DNA from: Octopus vulgaris
Lineage: Eukaryota
NCBI GenBank assembly: GCA_951406725.2
Contig: OX597817.1
Span: forward strand, 73,718,001-73,782,000
Length of the DNA: 64,000 nucleotides
Reading direction: 5' to 3'
The position numbers were made by a program, and so were the translations under genes. Under the pieces are notes generated by a model. That model saw only the letters and a program-made list of their open reading frames with translations. It did no database searches and was not told the DNA's origin. Below, piece by piece: positions 1 to 14,639 of this stretch. Every line of letters begins with the position of its first letter. Position 1 is the stretch's first letter.

Positions 1-515
1 AAAATAAGTACCAGTTGAGTACTGGGGTCGATGTAATTGACTTATCCCTCCCCCTAAATTGCTGGCCGAGAGCCAAAATCTGAAATCAATAACAGGATTA
101 AGTAAAATACTTTCTACAATAGGCACAAGGCCGGGAATTTGTAGGGAGGGGGATAGTCGATCACATTGACCCTAGTACTTGACTGGTACTTAATTTATCG
201 ACCTCGAAAGGGATGAAAGGCAAAGTCGACCTCTGCGGCATTTGAACTCAGAACGTAAAGACGGACGAAATGCCGCTAAGCATTTTGCCTGGCGTGGTCC
301 TTTTTTATTATAGGTACAAGGCCTGAAATTTGGGGGAGGGGAATAGTCGATTACATCGACCCCAGTGCGTAACTGGTACTTAATTAATCGACCCCCCGAA
401 AGTATGAAAGGTAAAGTCAGCCTCAAAGGAGTTTGAACTCAGAACGTAACGACGAGTGAAATACCGCTAAGCATTTCGTCCAGCGTGCTAATAATTCTGT
501 CAGCTCGCCGCCTTA
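1..515. mobile_element. Cluster of three partial copies of SINE-like family A (one +, two -)
   Basis: Shared blocks 'aagtaccagtt..actggggtcgatgtaat' and 'ttctgagttcaaat..gtcgactttgcctttcatcc' recur at 2040-2190, 18290-18690, 28650-28810, 56600-56960 and elsewhere. Confidence 0.8.
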
Positions 516-1675
516 ATAGTAACAACAAGAACAATAATAATAATATTTTCAATTTGGAAACAAGGCCAGTAGTTTCGAGGGGAACCGACACCAACAATAT
601 CAGAATTGATGCTTTAAACTATAAAATCCACGAAGATGGAGCGCAAAGTTGATTTCGAAGGGATTTGAATTCAGTATGATAAGAACTTAAAGAAATATCG
701 CAAAACATTTTCCCGGCGCTTTAGTGATCCACTAGTTCGCCTCCTTGAATTCGTTTTTAATTTAGGCTCAAGGCCAACAGTTTTGAGGGAAAGGGCTGAT
801 CAATCGATTACATCGGCTCACAATGTGGGAGGATGCGGTCCAGGATGTGACGACAGTAGGAATTTCATAATAAGGTCAAGTGACGGTGTTGGTTGAGAGG
901 GATGGGTTGGGTGACGGTAACTGTGCGCTTTACCAGCAGGAGAGCGAGGATGAGAAGGAGTAGGAAACAATGGTATCAATGTGAGCTGAAGGAAAGGATG
1001 AGGCTTGCTTATTAAAAGTAGAATTTTAATAGAGTAGACGTATGTGTAAGTGCGTGCAGTCTAAGTTTTGAGCGAATTTCTCTGAGAATGTGTGCATTTA
1101 TGCTTTCGATGCTGCTTCTAGTCGTGACCATTATATTGTGCTGCTTTATATATTGCGACACCAGACTATAGAAAAGTTTGCGGTGCACCAACCAACTGTC
1201 TAGAAGAGGTCTTGTCTTCTAGTGACACCCTCGCTTTTGATATTCAAGTGTCCTATATGTCCTCCTCTGTTTGACTGAAACCATATTGTCCCACATACTG
1301 GCTAGGAGTTCCGATCATTACTCCTTCGTGGAGACACAGAATGTCGTTCTGGTTTTCGAGAAGCAGAGATATGTAATTTTCCTATCTTTTGAGATATAAA
1401 ATTCTCCGGCAACGAAGCGGAATTTTTATATTTCTATACTCTTTCTTTATTTTTTTCTTTAAGTGCAATCTCATATCCAAAGGTTTTCTTTGCAAAACTA
1501 CGTTTCTTATTGTCTACGCTGTCATTTTTCACTACCAGTATCTGTGCTCATATTACAAACATATTCTTCGTGTTTTTCCTCAATTTTGAAACAACTAATA
1601 TTTTGTGTTTATAATTGCACCTGCGTTTACTTGTTCTGTTTATCATTTTGGCTTTAAAAGGGCGCATTTATTTTT

Positions 1676-1990
1676 GTGGAGGCGCAAGGCCCAGTGGTTA
1701 GGGCAGAGGATTCGCGGTCGGAGGATCGCGGTTTCGATTCCCGGACCGGGCGTTGTGTGTGTTTATTGAGCGAAAACACCTAAAGCTCCACGAGGCTCCG
1801 GCAGGGGTTGGTGGCGACCCCTGTTGTACTCTTTCGCCCCAACTTTCTCTCACTCTTTCTTCTTGATTCTTAAGTAACGCTGCGATGGACTGGCGGCCCG
1901 TCTAGCTGGGGGGAACATATACGACATAGAAACCGGGAAACCGGGCCCATGAGTCAGGCTAGGCTTGAAAAGGGCGCATAAATAAAAAAT
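1676..1990 (+). mobile_element. tRNA-derived SINE
   Basis: Head 'gtggaggcgcaaggcccagtggttaggg...gtttcgattcccgg' with A-box and B-box-like motifs, A-rich tail; head resembles the 24020 copy. Confidence 0.8.
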
Positions 1991-2039
1991 AATAATCAAT
2001 ATAAGGCTGGTAGTTATCGTTAGCCGGCCAAAATTTTAG

Positions 2040-2190
2040 CTGAGCGGAATTTTGTCCGTCCGAGTTAAAATTCCGCCAAGGCTGACTTTACCTTTCATCC
2101 TTTCAGGGTCGATAAATGAGTACCAGCTGAGCACTAAGGCTGATGTAATCGACTTACACCCTTACCCAAAATTGCTAGCCTCGTGCTAGA
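2040..2190 (+). mobile_element. SINE-like family A, partial
   Basis: Matches 18360-18460. Confidence 0.7.
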
Positions 2191-2789
2191 ATTTTTCTGT
2201 GCTTGGAAACCATGATTTATCTATTTTTGAATCTATGCATCTATCTATCTACAGTGTTTGCGGCTATTATCTCTCACTAATATCCTATGAAGAATACAAA
2301 ACAGTAACAAAAAGATTAAATAAAAGGCCTAAAACATAGGCTTTTCGTCGATCACGATATAATGGGACTTAGGTTTAAAACATTCCAGCAGTGTCTTGTT
2401 CACAAACAATAAAACAGCATTACTTTTTTTTAAAAGATTTTGTACTGAAATCCAGAAATATTGATATTAAAGTGAAAGGCGCCCAACAATGGCAGAAGTA
2501 AGCAACAGCATCAACAAAATGAAGAAAAAGAAAAAGAACAGAAGTGGCAGGACAAAGAAAACAAAGAGGAACAGACAGAGTACAAAAACAAAACATGAAA
2601 TAGATAATACGGAAAATACCAATAACTCTGAGCAAATCAAAAGTAACAGAGATGCCATTGCTGCTGGCGATGGTTATGATGGTGATGATGGTGACGGTGA
2701 TGTTGATACGGATGACAGCAAGTATGCGAAACAGATGTAGAAGTAGAGGTTGACTGGTGCAGCATTGAGGATGATTGAGTGTGTAGTGT

Positions 2790-3200
<411 letters not shown>

Positions 3201-3939
3201 GCGTCTTTATATCTGCGTATGTCCCCCAACATCTCTTGACAACGGTGTTGGGGTGTTTACATCCCCGCTAGTTACCAGTTCTGTATAAGAAATCGATAGA
3301 ATAAGCTCCAGACTTTAAAACAGTATTGGGCTCGATTCAGGCGGTGTCCTAGTATGGCCGTAGCCTAATGAAATGATAAAAGATAAGAATATGCATGTAT
3401 ATATACATGTATGTATATGCATATATACATACATACATACATGCATACATAAACATACACACACAACACACACACACACACACACACATGTATATACATA
3501 TATATATACATACGTGTTGTGTGTGTGTGTGAAGCAGGTAGGATTCTAGATTGAAAAATAACCAGACATATAGATATGTACATAGGTATTGAGAGAGAGA
3601 ACAGTAAAATGTGAAGGAAACAGGGAAAAAGGAAGAGGAAATGAGAATGAAAAAATGAAGATCTGAGTTGCTAAATCGATTAATTTATTTTGAGGGGTAG
3701 TGGGGTAACTGAAAATGCTTGCCTTGAGGGTCTGTGGTTAGCCTTTGGTTAGCTGTTTTCTGGCTGGTACGCTGTGGTCGACACACAGACAGACAGATAG
3801 AGAGAGAAAGAGAGAGAAGGAGCGAGAGAGAGAGACAGAGAGAGGGAGAGATGTAAGGAAAGCAAACGGACTTCAAATGAGTTCATTTCAAGTATTGCAA
3901 TGTTTTAACAGCTGTGTTGAAAATGTTTTTGATCAATAG

Positions 3940-3962
3940 TAATAATAATAATGATAATAATG

Positions 3963-3996
<34 letters not shown>

Positions 3997-4189
3997 TAAT
4001 AATAATAGCAGTAGCAACAGCAATAATAATAATAGTAGTAGTAGCAATAACGGTAGGAGGTTTTATATTGTAAAAAAAAAAAAAAAATTTAAAATAAAAA
4101 GCTTACAAAAAGGAATGAAGCCAACAACTATAGCAACAAGTACCAGTAAAACAGACACACACATGCACAAAGACATACAAACATACATA

Positions 4190-4244
<55 letters not shown>

Positions 4245-4323
4245 GTGTGTATATATATATATATACACACATATATATATATATATGCATATATATATGT
4301 ATATATGTATGTATGTATGTATG

Positions 4324-4354
<31 letters not shown>

Positions 4355-4430
4355 ATATATACATATATATACATACATACATACATATATACATACATAT
4401 ATACATACATATATACATATATATATATGC

Positions 4431-4465
<35 letters not shown>

Positions 4466-4494
4466 TACACACATATGTATATATACATACATAT

Positions 4495-4559
<65 letters not shown>

Positions 4560-4590
4560 CATACATACATATGTAAACACACACACACAT
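3940..4590. repeat. (AAT)n plus compound (TA)n/(TATG)n/(TACA)n microsatellites
   Basis: Seen directly. Confidence 0.95.
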
Positions 4591-5107
4591 ACAAACACCT
4601 ACGATAAAAAAAAAAACTTTAAACAAATGAATAAATAAATCAATCGAAATGCCTCGAGGAGAATTTGATAATCATTGTATAAACAACTGGTATTGTTTAC
4701 CTTCTTGTGGCAATTGTTTGGTGCGAACTTGGGTGGAAAGGAAATTATAAATCAAATACTTATACTTGCGCTCGAAAAGACGCTATAAGTACCACCCCTC
4801 TCTTTGACTGTTTATGCTGCTAGGTGTCTGAGTGTATGACTGACTGTCTGGTGGCCTGACTGTCTGGTCGTTTTCACTTGTCTGTCTGTACAGCTGTTTG
4901 AATGTGTGACTTCGCCCCTAGGTCAATCCTGATCGAGTAGACTTATTATAATTAAAGAAGATATTTTCAGCTCTGGTCATCCAGTCTGAGATTCTCAGAG
5001 TTTTATTTGACAGATGTTGTAGTTAAGTATTCTTGAGTGTTGTAAATGTGTCTCGATTAGATGCTTTTTTTTTATCTCCGTCCTTTAAAAAAAAATGTTG
5101 AAAACTT

Positions 5108-5730
5108 TAGATCTGAATGCATAATGCTGACTTGTGGAGAACTAAGAGTCCCAAGTACATGTAACCCATTAGTCCAATAGGATAGTGCTCTGAGCTGATG
5201 ATTATGGCGTTTTCACACTGTTTACTCTCAAGCGAAAATTCCTTACCCTTGACAAACTGCAGTGATAAGCCTTTTACGTGTTCAAATACCTCTCAAATCA
5301 TTTTGACCTGGTATAATGTATGTTTATTCTCAGTAACTGCTTCGTGCATCTACTCACAAATTTATTGCTTCCTGGTAGCCAATATACTCTGAACTGATTA
5401 AGAAATGATGCTTCATATAACAAATAAAAGAAAACTATTGGCTGGTGGTATATGTTGGCTACCGAGCAGCGATAAAGTTGTGAGTAAATGCACGAAGCAG
5501 TGACTGAGAATAAACACACATAATGCCAATTCAAAAATGTTTAAAGGATATTCGAACTCGTAAAAGGCTTATCACTGCAATTTGTCAAGAAGAAAGAAAG
5601 AATTCTCGCTGGGGACTAAACAGTTTGAAAACGCCATAGTCAGTTCAGAGCACTACCCTATTGGACAAATAGATTATACGTGCTTGGAACTTTTAATTCT
5701 TCACAAGTCAGCATTATGTATTCAGGTCTA
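5108..5730. mobile_element. Fold-back/MITE-like element with ~280-bp inverted arms
   Basis: 5108-5389 is a diverged reverse complement of 5447-5730 (tagatctgaatgcataatgctgac / gtcagcattatgtattcaggtcta); TA at both ends. Confidence 0.75.
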
Positions 5731-5989
5731 TTTTGGTATCTTGTGCTGGTGTGAACTAGGGAGTTCGAAATACATATCAGAATAAACATACATTATTAAT
5801 CAGTCAGACAGTGCGTGCACTGAGCTGACTACGTATGACGTTTCACATCTTTATGCCTCAAGTAAATTTTTTTCTCCGACTCAAACTGAAAGCGAAAAGC
5901 TTTTTGCGGGTTCGCGTATCTCTCAAATATATTTGAATTGGTATTAGATGTGTTTTCTCGCACTCACTACCTTGCATATCTATTCATGA

Positions 5990-6020
<31 letters not shown>

Positions 6021-6757
6021 TGTATGTATGTATGTATGTATGTATGTATGTATGTATGTATGTATGTGTGTGTATATATCTATATACGTATATTAGTTTC
6101 TATTAGTTTCAGTTCAAGAGCTGTGGCCACTCTGGGGTACCACCAGCTGGTGTTGCAGCTGCACCTTCATTAATCTTCCTTTAATAGTTGGCATTTGGAC
6201 AATGAGGGAGTTTGATTCTGGTGCTTTCAATCCCACTTCCTGCCGGAATCTAATTATATATATCTAATTAGATTAAAATGTGTTAAAAGACAAAATCAAT
6301 GCAAAATGAATGAGATAAAGAAGACTTTCTTCAATATTTCGGGGTTAATAACTCTTCATCAGAGCACTTGGAGAAATAGTAGATAGTATAGAGCGATCAT
6401 ATCTGCACAGAGATGTGTCGTGTGTGAGTGTGGAATGGGGAGGGTAGCAAACTATTCGTTGACATGTATTGTAATAGCAACAAGTTTGCCTCATGTAATG
6501 CTTGCCTGTTGTTTAATGAAGTTTTACTCTATAAAGCAAGCAGAAATTAAGTTATCTTAGTGGTAGAAGCTTAATTTAGATATTTGTGCTTTAGACAGTT
6601 TGTTATTAAGTCAACTTATATTCTTTATGCATAACAACACAGTGCAGATCAATGAAAATAAGTGCAAGTACTTGGAAGCTTCAGCTGTGGAATGGAATTA
6701 TATGAATTTAAATACATTCATATAACTTAGAGTGCGGTAAAAAATAGGGTGGGGAGA

Positions 6758-6803
6758 TTCTTGACAGACCATTTCGTAGTCTAGTGACCGCTCATCAGAT
6801 GAA
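6758..6803 (-). ncRNA. Type I hammerhead ribozyme motif (Penelope/retrozyme-like)
   Basis: Minus strand reads ttcat-CTGATGA-gcggtc acta gactac-GAAA-tggtct-GTC-aagaa; core intact, single mismatches in stems I and II, weak stem III. Confidence 0.6.
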
Positions 6804-9279
6804 ATATACTGGATTTCCTTAGCTTTGCCAATCGAAAAAATAGGATTTTCGACTACTGCATATAGCAGAGAAAAGTGTGTGTGTGTGTGTGTGAGCGTAT
6901 GTGTGTGTCTGGGTGTATGTGTGAGAGTGTGTGTGTATGCATGTATATGTGTGTATAGATACATAGATATGTATACACACACATATATGTGTGATTTTTA
7001 TTCGTTTATTCTATTATTAGTGTAGCAATATTGCTATCTTCACTGTTTGAGAAAAACATTAGAAATGATCTCGTTTTAGATTACAAACATCTTTGGCTAG
7101 TTTAACCTTGTTGTGTCCACTATTCTGATTGGTTAGCATCTAAGCGCGGTCTGTCTCTCTACTTATTTCGCGCCAGTGTGTAAACTGACCAAACACGGCT
7201 TTCGGATAGGACTTTTCATTTGAGCCATCTTAACTCTTTAAATAGGCTGATCATATCACGATTCAACGTCTTTCGGCTTAAGACCTTTTAAGGTCTTGGT
7301 CGGAGACCACACAGATCTTACTCAACCATGTTCCAGTTCGAAAGGCAGACGACAACCAAGCCAACCATACTATGAAGACGCTATTGTAAACCAAGCGACA
7401 GACGTAACGTCATCACCAACATCGTCTCCATCTACGAATATTTCAACTTGTACACAAGATAAATACAGATTCAACTCATGCTGTTAGTGTGAAAATCTCA
7501 CCACGGAAAAACAGTTGCAGTATATATATCTAAAAGAATATCTATATCAAGAGAAAAATATGCACAACAAGTGATTCAACTAATCTCAGCTCTGAGACTC
7601 AAATCTTGTATAGAACTCATTGTCGTATACTACATGAACTGGTAAAATAACTTCATTTTAACTCAAAATGTTGAGACTTCTCTTATGCTCTGTTGTATTT
7701 GCATATCTTATTCTGTACATCTGTCGCACACACGAACACACAGACACAAATATTATAAGCATGCATTCATGACACAACACTACGCTAATAATAAAAAATC
7801 ACTTTGTACACTGTGAATAAAATCTATCTTCTCTTTATAAAAGTAGAACGGTTTTTGGCGTCCCTTTATACATTTACTTTGGCACTGTATATTAAACATG
7901 TATTATGGCATATATAACATTATGTTATGTTATGTTGGGATGCGGCCGGACGCTGTCGTACAAGAGGAGAAATATGTCACCGAAACTTCTCACGTACGGT
8001 CGTATTCTAACATTAGCTTCGATCATTGGAATACGACCGTTTTCATATTTTGTTTGGTTTGTTTTGATTTTACATGCTCTATTATAAAATATGTATAGTG
8101 CCTAATAGTGTTATATTCTCTATGCTTTGCATATTTTTAAGTCCCGATGTTTGGTTTGTATAATTATTTGGAGATTTTTACACATTTGCTAGGGTTGTTC
8201 TTGCTTTCACTCTTCACATTCTGGTTATATCTATTTTCCAGAATTTTATATACTGAATTATTTTCTATATTTCTTTTAGCAATACGTTATTATCTGTTTG
8301 GATCGAGAATTCTCTCAGGTTACTTTTGTTTTCCTGTTGGTCTTTTACTACAGCATCCATCCTATTTATCTTGGGCTTCCTATCGTGTCAGTTGATACAC
8401 ACCCGCATTTGACCCTTTGTCATTTTTCCGTAACCATTATAGGAATTAATCTCTTTTTATAAGTAGTTCATAATGCCGGCATAATTTCCAGTGTATGAAA
8501 TCCCAATTATGTTATGTCTGTAAGAATTTTCTGTCTTGGCTAAGACTGGGCAACCAAATACAGTGTATTTAATTGGTTCTTCCTAACCATCGTATGTTCC
8601 ACAGTTACTTAATAAGTTTCGTGTATATGATTTTGGTGCTTTGTATTGGAAGGCTTTGATCTTTTGTCACAATCAGTCACAGCTTTGAGCTATATACTTA
8701 TTAGTAAGTACAGCAATAGTCGTTTATTTTAACCCTCTTTATTTTTACCGGATATTGGCCATACAGGAACTTTTCTTAAATACTTTCAGGATGGCATTTT
8801 GTTACCTTATTTCGCAGTTTCTGTGGTTTCGTATTTCTCCTTACGACTGCCTGTCAATTTGCTGATTTCCTTGAAAGCATAAATCTTTTGCTCGTTTCTT
8901 TTTTGTGACAAATAGTATTAGTTTTCCACTGTCTACATACATACATACATACGTACATACATACATACATACATACATACATACATACATACATACATAC
9001 ATACATACATACATACATACATACATTTTAAGTACCACTTTAAAAGTAGACTAAGAGTGGAGGTTAGAAATGATGCCCTCAAGTAAATTTGCTGAAAGAT
9101 GGATTAGAGTGGTGACTTTATGTAACTAGAGGGTTTTGATCTCAATTTTCGTTTGTAATTTTCAATTCTCAAGTAGAGTCATGCTTTAGTGTTGAAAGGA
9201 ATTTAGAGGCTTACGCCATGCCCTATCTTACCTTCATTGACAGTCTCTTTTTTGGAACATATATTATACATATATTCCA

Positions 9280-9905
9280 GGTGTTGCTGTGTGATAAAAA
9301 GCTTGTTCCCCAACCGCATGGTTCCGGGCTCAGTCTCATTGCATAGCACCTTGGGCAAGTGTCTTCTAGTTTAGCGTCGAGCCGACCAAAGCTTTGTGAG
9401 TGAATTTGATAGACTATGTTAAACTGCTGTATGTCCAAATTTGGCCAAATGCGTTTTTTTCAATATTTATTTTTGCATGCAATAGCCGGTTCTTTTTGTC
9501 CAACTATCGCATTTCCAGCTGCTTCAGAAGCCAAAATATCAAAAATTGTCGCAGTTTAGTACAACGGTTTTGCTATGGAATGGTGAAACACCTTTTACGT
9601 TTTCTGAAAAAGCAACGTTTGGGACATACGACACTTTTGCATAATACCCACGATATGTATGTATGTATGTATGTTTGTATGTATGTATGTATGTATGTAT
9701 GTATGTATGTATGTATGTATATCTCTTGATAACCGGTGTTGGTGTGTTTGCCTCCACGTAACTTAGCGGTTCGGCAAAAGAGTGCGATAGAATAAGTACA
9801 AAGCATAAAAACACTAAGTCCTGGGTCGATTCATTCGACAAAAAATATTCAAAGCGGTGCCCAGCATAGCCGTGGCCTAATAACTGAAACAAATAAAAGA
9901 TAAAA
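9280..9905 (+). mobile_element. SINE family B (tRNA-like head, CORE-like 'ccttgggcaagt' block) split by an insertion
   Basis: 5' half 9280-9410 and 3' half 9725-9905 match the copies at 50995-51343 and 52080-52450. Confidence 0.75.
9412..9650. mobile_element. Small TIR element (MITE) inside the SINE
   Basis: Left end 'tatgttaaactgctgtatgtccaaa' vs reverse complement of right end 'tatgcaaaagtgtcgtatgtcccaaa'. Confidence 0.5.
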
Positions 9906-10059
9906 GATATATATTTGCTTGCTATATGTAACTTTCCTTCATGTCAACATAGCTTTTCACTTTGCATATCTCCAACAGATGTTTTGCAATCCACTTTATA
10001 ATGTCCCTTATCCACTTCCTTGTCACAAGTAAATGGTCGATTATTATTATTATTATTGT

Positions 10060-11757
10060 TATCTTTTTTTTCCTCTTCTTTCAAATTTGCTTCCATTTCT
10101 TGCCGAGTGTCTTCCCGACTCCTAGGGCAAAGAAACTCATAGTATACATTGGTAGGCCATTAAACTAAACTCACTAGTTCGTTCTTTTTTGATAGGAATA
10201 AAGTTAAATTAAAATACATGGGTAGTAATAGTTCTCACATCGACAATGCTCTTCTCAATACGTGTGATGTACCAGTTAAGACAATCTTTTGCACTTCTTG
10301 CAGGGATGGTAAGCCAGGGATCATTCTCATATAATTTTCGGTTCCCTTCTTGATCATTCCTCGTCCTCCTACGATCACTGGTATTATAACCGCCTTGAGA
10401 TGCCACATTTTCTCAATTTCAATGAACAGGTCTTTATATTTTCTGAGCTTGTCAAACTCTTTCGCCGAGATATTATGATCACAGGGGATGCTCATGTCGA
10501 TCAATAAGCAAACTTTATTGTTTTGGTCTTTCACAACAATATCTGGTTTATTGGCTTTGATGGTTCGGTCTGTATGTACTGGAAAGTCCCACAGAATCGT
10601 TACATTTTCTCCTTCAGTTACAGCTTCAGGGTGGTGATTATACCACTTGTCGACAGTTTTGATATTGTAATGCCCACTTATTAGCCAGTGTAGATATTGG
10701 ACAGCTCTGTCATGTCTTAATTTATACTCCACTGGTGTTAAGACTTCACATCCAGAGATTAGGTGGTCCACTGTTTCAATCATGTCGTTGCAGAATCGGC
10801 ATTTTGGGTCTGCTCCATTTTCATCACATTGGCCTGGTAGTTCCGGGTTAATAGGCTTTGATCTTGAGCGGCCAGGATGAAACCTTCGCTCTCTGCTTTT
10901 AGCCCTGAGCTCCGTAGCCACTGATGGGTTTGCTTCTGGTCAACATCAGCTTGTTTGCTACGGGCCACATAGTTGCCGTGCAGAGGTTTCTCCTCCCACC
11001 TATCAGCCAATTGCTCGTGCGCTTTTTTCGTTGCCATTATTTTCACCTTCTTTGCAACAATAGTTGCCGTACTTCCCTCGGGTTGTTCAGTTTGGGTATC
11101 CTGCACGAGATCAATAGCAAATTTTTTGCTTTCCTTTATGATAGAATAAAGCTTCTTTCGTCTCTCGTGATTTTCCACGAGCTTTAGCATCCAGTCATTC
11201 GTTATTTCAAGATATTTAGCCAGTCCAATTGCGGTTGTTTTGTAAGCTAGTTCAAATTGGATCAGACCCCGACCTCCTTGGACTCTGGGAAGGTAAAGGC
11301 GATCTACGTTTGCCTTTGGGTGGTGCATCCTATTACAACTCAGCAGCTTGCGTATTTTCCTATCTATATTCTTTACTTCACTCATATTCCAGTTCAACAC
11401 ATTGTAGCTATAAGTAACAACTGGAACCGCTAAGAAATTTATAGCTAACACCTTATTACGTGCATTTAGTTCAGATTTCAGGACTGCACGATCTCTCCTA
11501 TAACATTCCTTCCTGATCTTCTCTTTCATGCTTGCACGCTGAATACCAGAGTCTTCATTTATCCATAAATATTTGTATGTTTGTTCTTGCTCAAGCTCTC
11601 TTATGACTGTGTCAACATCTAACACGACTGAATTTGTGGTCTTCACTTTCCCTTTCTGGAAAGTGGCCTTGGCACACTTCTCAAGCCCAAACTCCATCCC
11701 GATGTCATCGCTGAATGCTTTCACACTGCGCAATAGGCCTTCAAATTCATTATCGTC

Positions 11758-11760
<3 letters not shown>
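10060..11760 (-). mobile_element. 5'-truncated R4/Dong-clade LINE: RT C-terminal part, CCHC knuckle, restriction-like endonuclease
   Basis: DDIGMEFGLEKCA, RLYLPRVQGGRGL, CRFC..ETVDHLISGC, RHD, KPDIVVKD, LLIDMSIP, KLRKY; one frameshift near 10820; (AAT)n on both sides. Confidence 0.92.
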
Positions 11761-12014
<254 letters not shown>

Positions 12015-13910
12015 TTGCATTTGCACAGCTTCTAACGCCAGAGACGTACTACGGTGTCAGCTGTTCACTACCAGTGAACTAAGGTAACACCCCTTATTTT
12101 TGGAGCACCATCCGGAGTATTCGAGCGACTCCAAGAAGTGCTGTTTTCTGCAAATGCTCCACCCTTATTGCAGCCCCTATTTGTTCTATGTACTTCTCAA
12201 GATTTTTACTCGCTGTTTCCAGGGCTCCAACGATTATTGGTACTACTACCACCTTTTTCATCGACCACAACTGCTTAACTTCCCAAGCTAACCTGTCATA
12301 TCTATCGACTTTTCTTTCTTCTTTATCGCTTACCTTGTTGTCAGCTGGGCATGCTATATCTATGATCCAGCATAGCTTGCTTTCTTTCTCAATTACTACT
12401 ATGTCTGGCTTCCTATTTTCTATCCCATGGTTGCACTGAATCATAAAATCACACAGGATCTTTGCATTATCATTTCCAATGATGCCTTCAGGTTTGTGGT
12501 CGTGCCAATTTTTGCTCTGTTAAGTCCATACTTGTTGCAAAGTGTCCAATGGACAAGCCTTGCTATATTGTCGTGGCGTCTCTTATATTCCTTCTGGGTT
12601 AGTGGCATTCATTGACTGGTTTCACCATTTTGTCCACAAAATCTGCTCTTATCACTTTCTGATGTGTTGTCTATTCTGTATTTTATGTAATTTGTTCTTA
12701 GTGCTTACACTTGGGCAGCACAGATTAGAGCCTGATTCCGGTTTTAAATCACTTTTAGTCATCTACAGCCATCCTTTTTCTTTGTATGTCTTATCTTCAA
12801 CATCCCTATGAGATTGTCCATGCATTCTCTTCTTTATCCACCTATTTTCAGTTTCATTCGTTTTCAATTGCTTGTACATTGCTTTAACTTTTCAATCTTT
12901 CATCCTACACAAGCCTGACCTTCTTACTTCTAATAATAGCGGTTCTTTGGCATTTTTACATACTATGCTATGTTGTTTTCTTTTGCTCTAATGCTGTGTT
13001 CGCATCCAATAAGCCCTCTTCCCCCTCTTTTTCTTGGTACATATAGTATGTCTGCGTCACTTTATGGGTGGAGTGTTCCATTTCTAGTTAGCAGTTTCCT
13101 TCTCTTTCTGTCTAAGCTGTTTAGTTCGTCTACTGTCCATTTGATTACCTCTACTCCATATCTAAAGAGTGAAACCGCCCAGGTGTTGATAGCTTCGATC
13201 TTATTCCATCCGTTTAATTTCGACTTAAGTATCAGTCTCAGTCTGCGCAAGTACTCCACTTTAAATTTTTCTGTCATTTCTTTCTCCATCATTTTATCCA
13301 TTTCCAGAATCCCCAAGTACTTATAGCCCGTCTCTTCTATCTGCTTCATAACCTCCCCCGACGGTATTGATAGCCCGTCCATACATTTGAATTTGCCTCG
13401 CTTCAAGACTATCACACCACACTTTCTCAGTCGAACTCCATTCTGATATCAACACTGAAAGTATACACCGTATCAACGAGGGAACTGACTTGGGCTTCAT
13501 CTTTACCATAAAGTTTGGTCATCCATGAATAACAAATGGTTGACATTTTGTTGGCGGCTTTTGAATACTTATCCAGCTTTTGCTTTCCTCAGAATCAGTG
13601 TTAGTGGTATCAAGTACAGTACAAAGATCAGTGGGGACAGGCAGTCCCCTTGGAAGATGCCCCTCCTGATATCTACAGTCCCTAAACTTCTTCTGTATGC
13701 TCTCAGGTTCGTCCTCCAATTCGCCATACTTTTTCCAAGCAATAGCTCAACATTCGATGCAATACCAAATAGGTTCATACACTCCATAATCCAAGAGTGT
13801 GGGATCATATCGTACGCCTTACGATAGTCGATGGCTAAGTTACTTTCCCTCCTCTTGCAGTCTCTATGTAAAGTTTTTGCCTATCAGGAGTTGATCCTTG
13901 GTACCTCTAT
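12015..13910 (-). mobile_element. Second, more decayed 5'-truncated R4/Dong LINE of a different subfamily
   Basis: DYRKAYDMIPHSWI, GIFQGDCLSP, VNHLLFMDD, YKYLGILE, RKPDIVVIE..WIIDIACP; several frameshifts. Confidence 0.9.
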
Positions 13911-14639
13911 TTTTTGAATAGTGTATAGTATTGTTGTTACTGTTATCATCATATTTTATGAGTTGATATTTTGATTTGCTCGGACCATATTCAACACAAT
14001 ATTCTTTTCGATGTTTTTATATTCTTGGGCAAAAGTAGTTGTTCTCGTCTGTGTCGTAATATGAAGATAACAGAACAAGTGTGTTATGCCAACGTTCATA
14101 AGTACAACAGATACGACAAACCGTCAGAGAATAAACTGATATCACTTCAATCCAAACTGTCTATTTTCTAGATGTTGAAAGTCTGATAAACGATGCACTT
14201 TCTATGAAGCTTGAATTTGTTTTCAGCACCTATTATACATCTTTTTTTTTTTAAATAATAAAATGAAGAGTTTATAATCGAGAATCGAAACCCACAAAAT
14301 AAGTTTGTAATTTTAGTTCAGTTCCATCGATATGTTTTCTTCTGAATATATCAAACCATGACACAAAGAATAAATATCTATCTGTGCTCTTTATCAATAT
14401 AAGTGTTATCTCGTTTCTAGACTACTATAGCCTGTTATACCTCACTGAAGCAGATGTGTAAAACTGGAGGTCAGTTAGTCGCCATTTTGCTTCTCATTTT
14501 TGATGAATGAACACCAAAATGGTATCTAAAGGATGGCTATAAGAATTTCAGTGTTGGGGAAAGAAATACTAGACAGAAGAACAACAAAGAACAAAATATT
14601 ATTGTTCGTTTGGTATCAAAGTATTAGAGTAGTCGATGT

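Noticed and set aside
7268-7307. 40-bp imperfect hairpin
   Set aside because: Short, with no supporting context.
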